Source: Bacteroidales bacterium (lineage in GTDB: Bacteria; Bacteroidota; Bacteroidia; Bacteroidales; PUMT01). From it: a stretch of DNA of 39,374 nt. Shown in pieces: positions 38,901 through 39,374 of this stretch. The stretch lies in assembly GCA_007131165.1 (NCBI GenBank), contig SLRB01000164.1, forward strand, positions 1-39,374, written 5' to 3'. Under the pieces are notes generated by a model. It made no database searches. It saw only the letters and a list, made by a program, of their open reading frames with translations, and was not told the DNA's origin. The position numbers and the translations under genes were made by a program. Numbering within the stretch: the stretch's first letter is position 1; each line of letters opens with the position of its first letter.

Positions 38901-39282
38901 TGTCGGTTATTCCCGTTACCACAATCTCCTCAAGGGCTATGTGGTCTTCGTACAGCGTTAGCGAGAAGTTCCGGTCTTCACCCAGGCTCAGGCGGATACC
39001 AGTTACCTCCTCCGTCCTGTACCCGATAAAGCTTACAGTAAGGGTATAAGGCCCGCCGGTCTGCACGTTGGGCAGGTTGAAGCCACCGTCAAGCCTGGTG
39101 GTTGTTCCGTAGGTGGTCCCGGTAGGGTTGTGAACCGCCATGACTGTGGCTCCCGGAAGAGGTTGCCCCTCGTTATCCAGAACACGGCCGTTCATCGCGG
39201 CCGTAGTCACCCCCTGCGAAAAGGAGGCTGTTGCAATACCGGCAAAGGCAAGCATTACGGCCAGTTTTTTTAAAATTTTCAT
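35974..39282 (-). CDS. TonB-dependent receptor, Oar-like, with N-terminal carboxypeptidase-regulatory-like domain
   Basis: Signal ...SFS|QGVTT, G.V.D..G.PLPGATV.A.H.PTGT.Y...T..DG.F, GGPYT..VSFIG, plug R.NN..IDG...NN.FGL, PYDVRQGGF.G..VNA.T..G.N, SPRFGFNYD, RGG.G.F.GR.P.VW and C-terminal QIGLRLSF. Confidence 0.92.
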   Translation of the reverse strand: MKILKKLAVMLAFAGIATASFSQGVTTAAMNGRVLDNEGQPLPGATVMAVHNPTGTTYGTTTRLDGGFNLPNVQTGGPYTLTVSFIGYRTEEVTGIRLSLGEDRNFSLTLYEDHIALEEIVVTGITDRVFNSGRSGTATNIDAESIGSVPTISRSINDLTRLTPQSSGTSFAGRDNRFNNYTIDGIIYNNNFGLGAAQFAGSNPLSLEAIEEVQVNLAPYDVRQGGFSGANVNAITRRGGNQYRGAVYTYYNDESYLGTAIGDIELTAAEAFTRILGTSVSGPIIRDRLFFFVSVEQETASNPGLQKLAARPGLEPDGLTVSRVPASELDFVQEQMRNLYDYNTGPYEGYDFGNEGLRLNARIDFNINRNNNLMVRFNRYESFRDVSVNGNSLRYHPSALRYFNTNRFGIEAMNFRNSHYSIDNNVTSVVGELNTIISANMANNFRIGFNNVEDPIRSIPGGEVFPFIEILEFDGDTPLYYMTMGNELFSVGNQVTNNIFNVTNNFSYYAGRHNFTFGVNFEYMTFANAFNPVLNSVYRFNSYDSFVAAVINRDPNVRPDLFLQGYSFEGPDDIPLDETAFGQFGIYAQDRFEVNDRLNLTFGLRVDLPYYPVDLPGNPNLDAMNLSFTNPRTGDRITPDVSVLPPALPLWSPRFGFNYDVFGDRSLQVRGGSGMFSGRIPFVWISNQVNNNGVTRGGFGLTADQWGVDGNPQWQGFQPDVTYYRPEPATLEAQVSRNLAITDENFKLPQVWRSNLAADIALPYDMVATVEGIYSLDINSPLAVNINSTQPTRRMSNPHPYPFWESSNAYYDNSAFTDVILLTNINEGYYASITGELSRSFGEYGNARVAYTRSVSKDYGLIGGSQAQSLWPNVVVDDRNNPEVGFSRFDQPNRVVANLSVNTRALGNRLNTNVSVIYDGGERGRYSYTYSGRFNDGAARLMYVPGSQQDSYLVDRVEGGVVTQTAAQQWAILDAFISQDPYLSQNRGRVVERNGAKFPWQHRFDLRIAQDFMVQAGANSYKIQAYLDVLNFGNLINSEWGVGQTDVQNNLMNFQGVDANGNGMFTINTIPGTDEFPSTTYRPIYALSQTWSAQIGLRLSFN

Positions 39283-39349
39283 AGTTAAGATTTAAGGGTT
39301 AAATGATTAAAAAAAAATAATAGTGGCTCATTAATTCTGAAACAGGTCA

Positions 39350-39357
39350 CAAAAATA
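39350..39357 (-). promoter_or_regulatory. -7 box (TATTTTTG) for the TonB-dependent receptor
   Basis: Exact TAnnTTTG about 67 nt upstream of the ATG. Confidence 0.6.
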
Positions 39358-39374
39358 GCTTCCGGTAAAAATAC

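Overview
About 39 kb of chromosomal DNA from a Bacteroidota bacterium. This assignment rests on TAnnTTTG -7 promoter boxes before most genes and a T9SS type-B CTD protein with a PorP/SprF partner; an anaerobic Bacteroidales/Marinilabiliales-like organism is my inference. Housekeeping and metabolic genes are menG/ubiE, sulP, folB, glnS, gltX, SDR-type threonine dehydrogenase with kbl, class II RNR nrdJ, amrB/amrS and an Oar-like TonB-dependent receptor. Three accessory loci stand out. (1) A 4367-aa T9SS-secreted protein of about 51 Ig/PKD-like domains. Its cysteine gain/loss pattern indicates disulfides BETWEEN neighbouring domains, implying a stapled rod with two unstapled hinges. (2) A TM2-DUF2752-DUF4870 membrane-protein operon. 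Its leader carries a compact motif resembling a miniaturised ydaO/c-di-AMP riboswitch. (3) An orphan chemosensory cluster (cheW, MCP with a C-terminal pentapeptide, PAS+DHp protein lacking an ATPase domain) divergent from a Cys-rich Crp/Fnr regulator. I saw no rRNA, tRNA, CRISPR array, integrase or transposase. All family assignments come from motif recognition by eye, not database searches.
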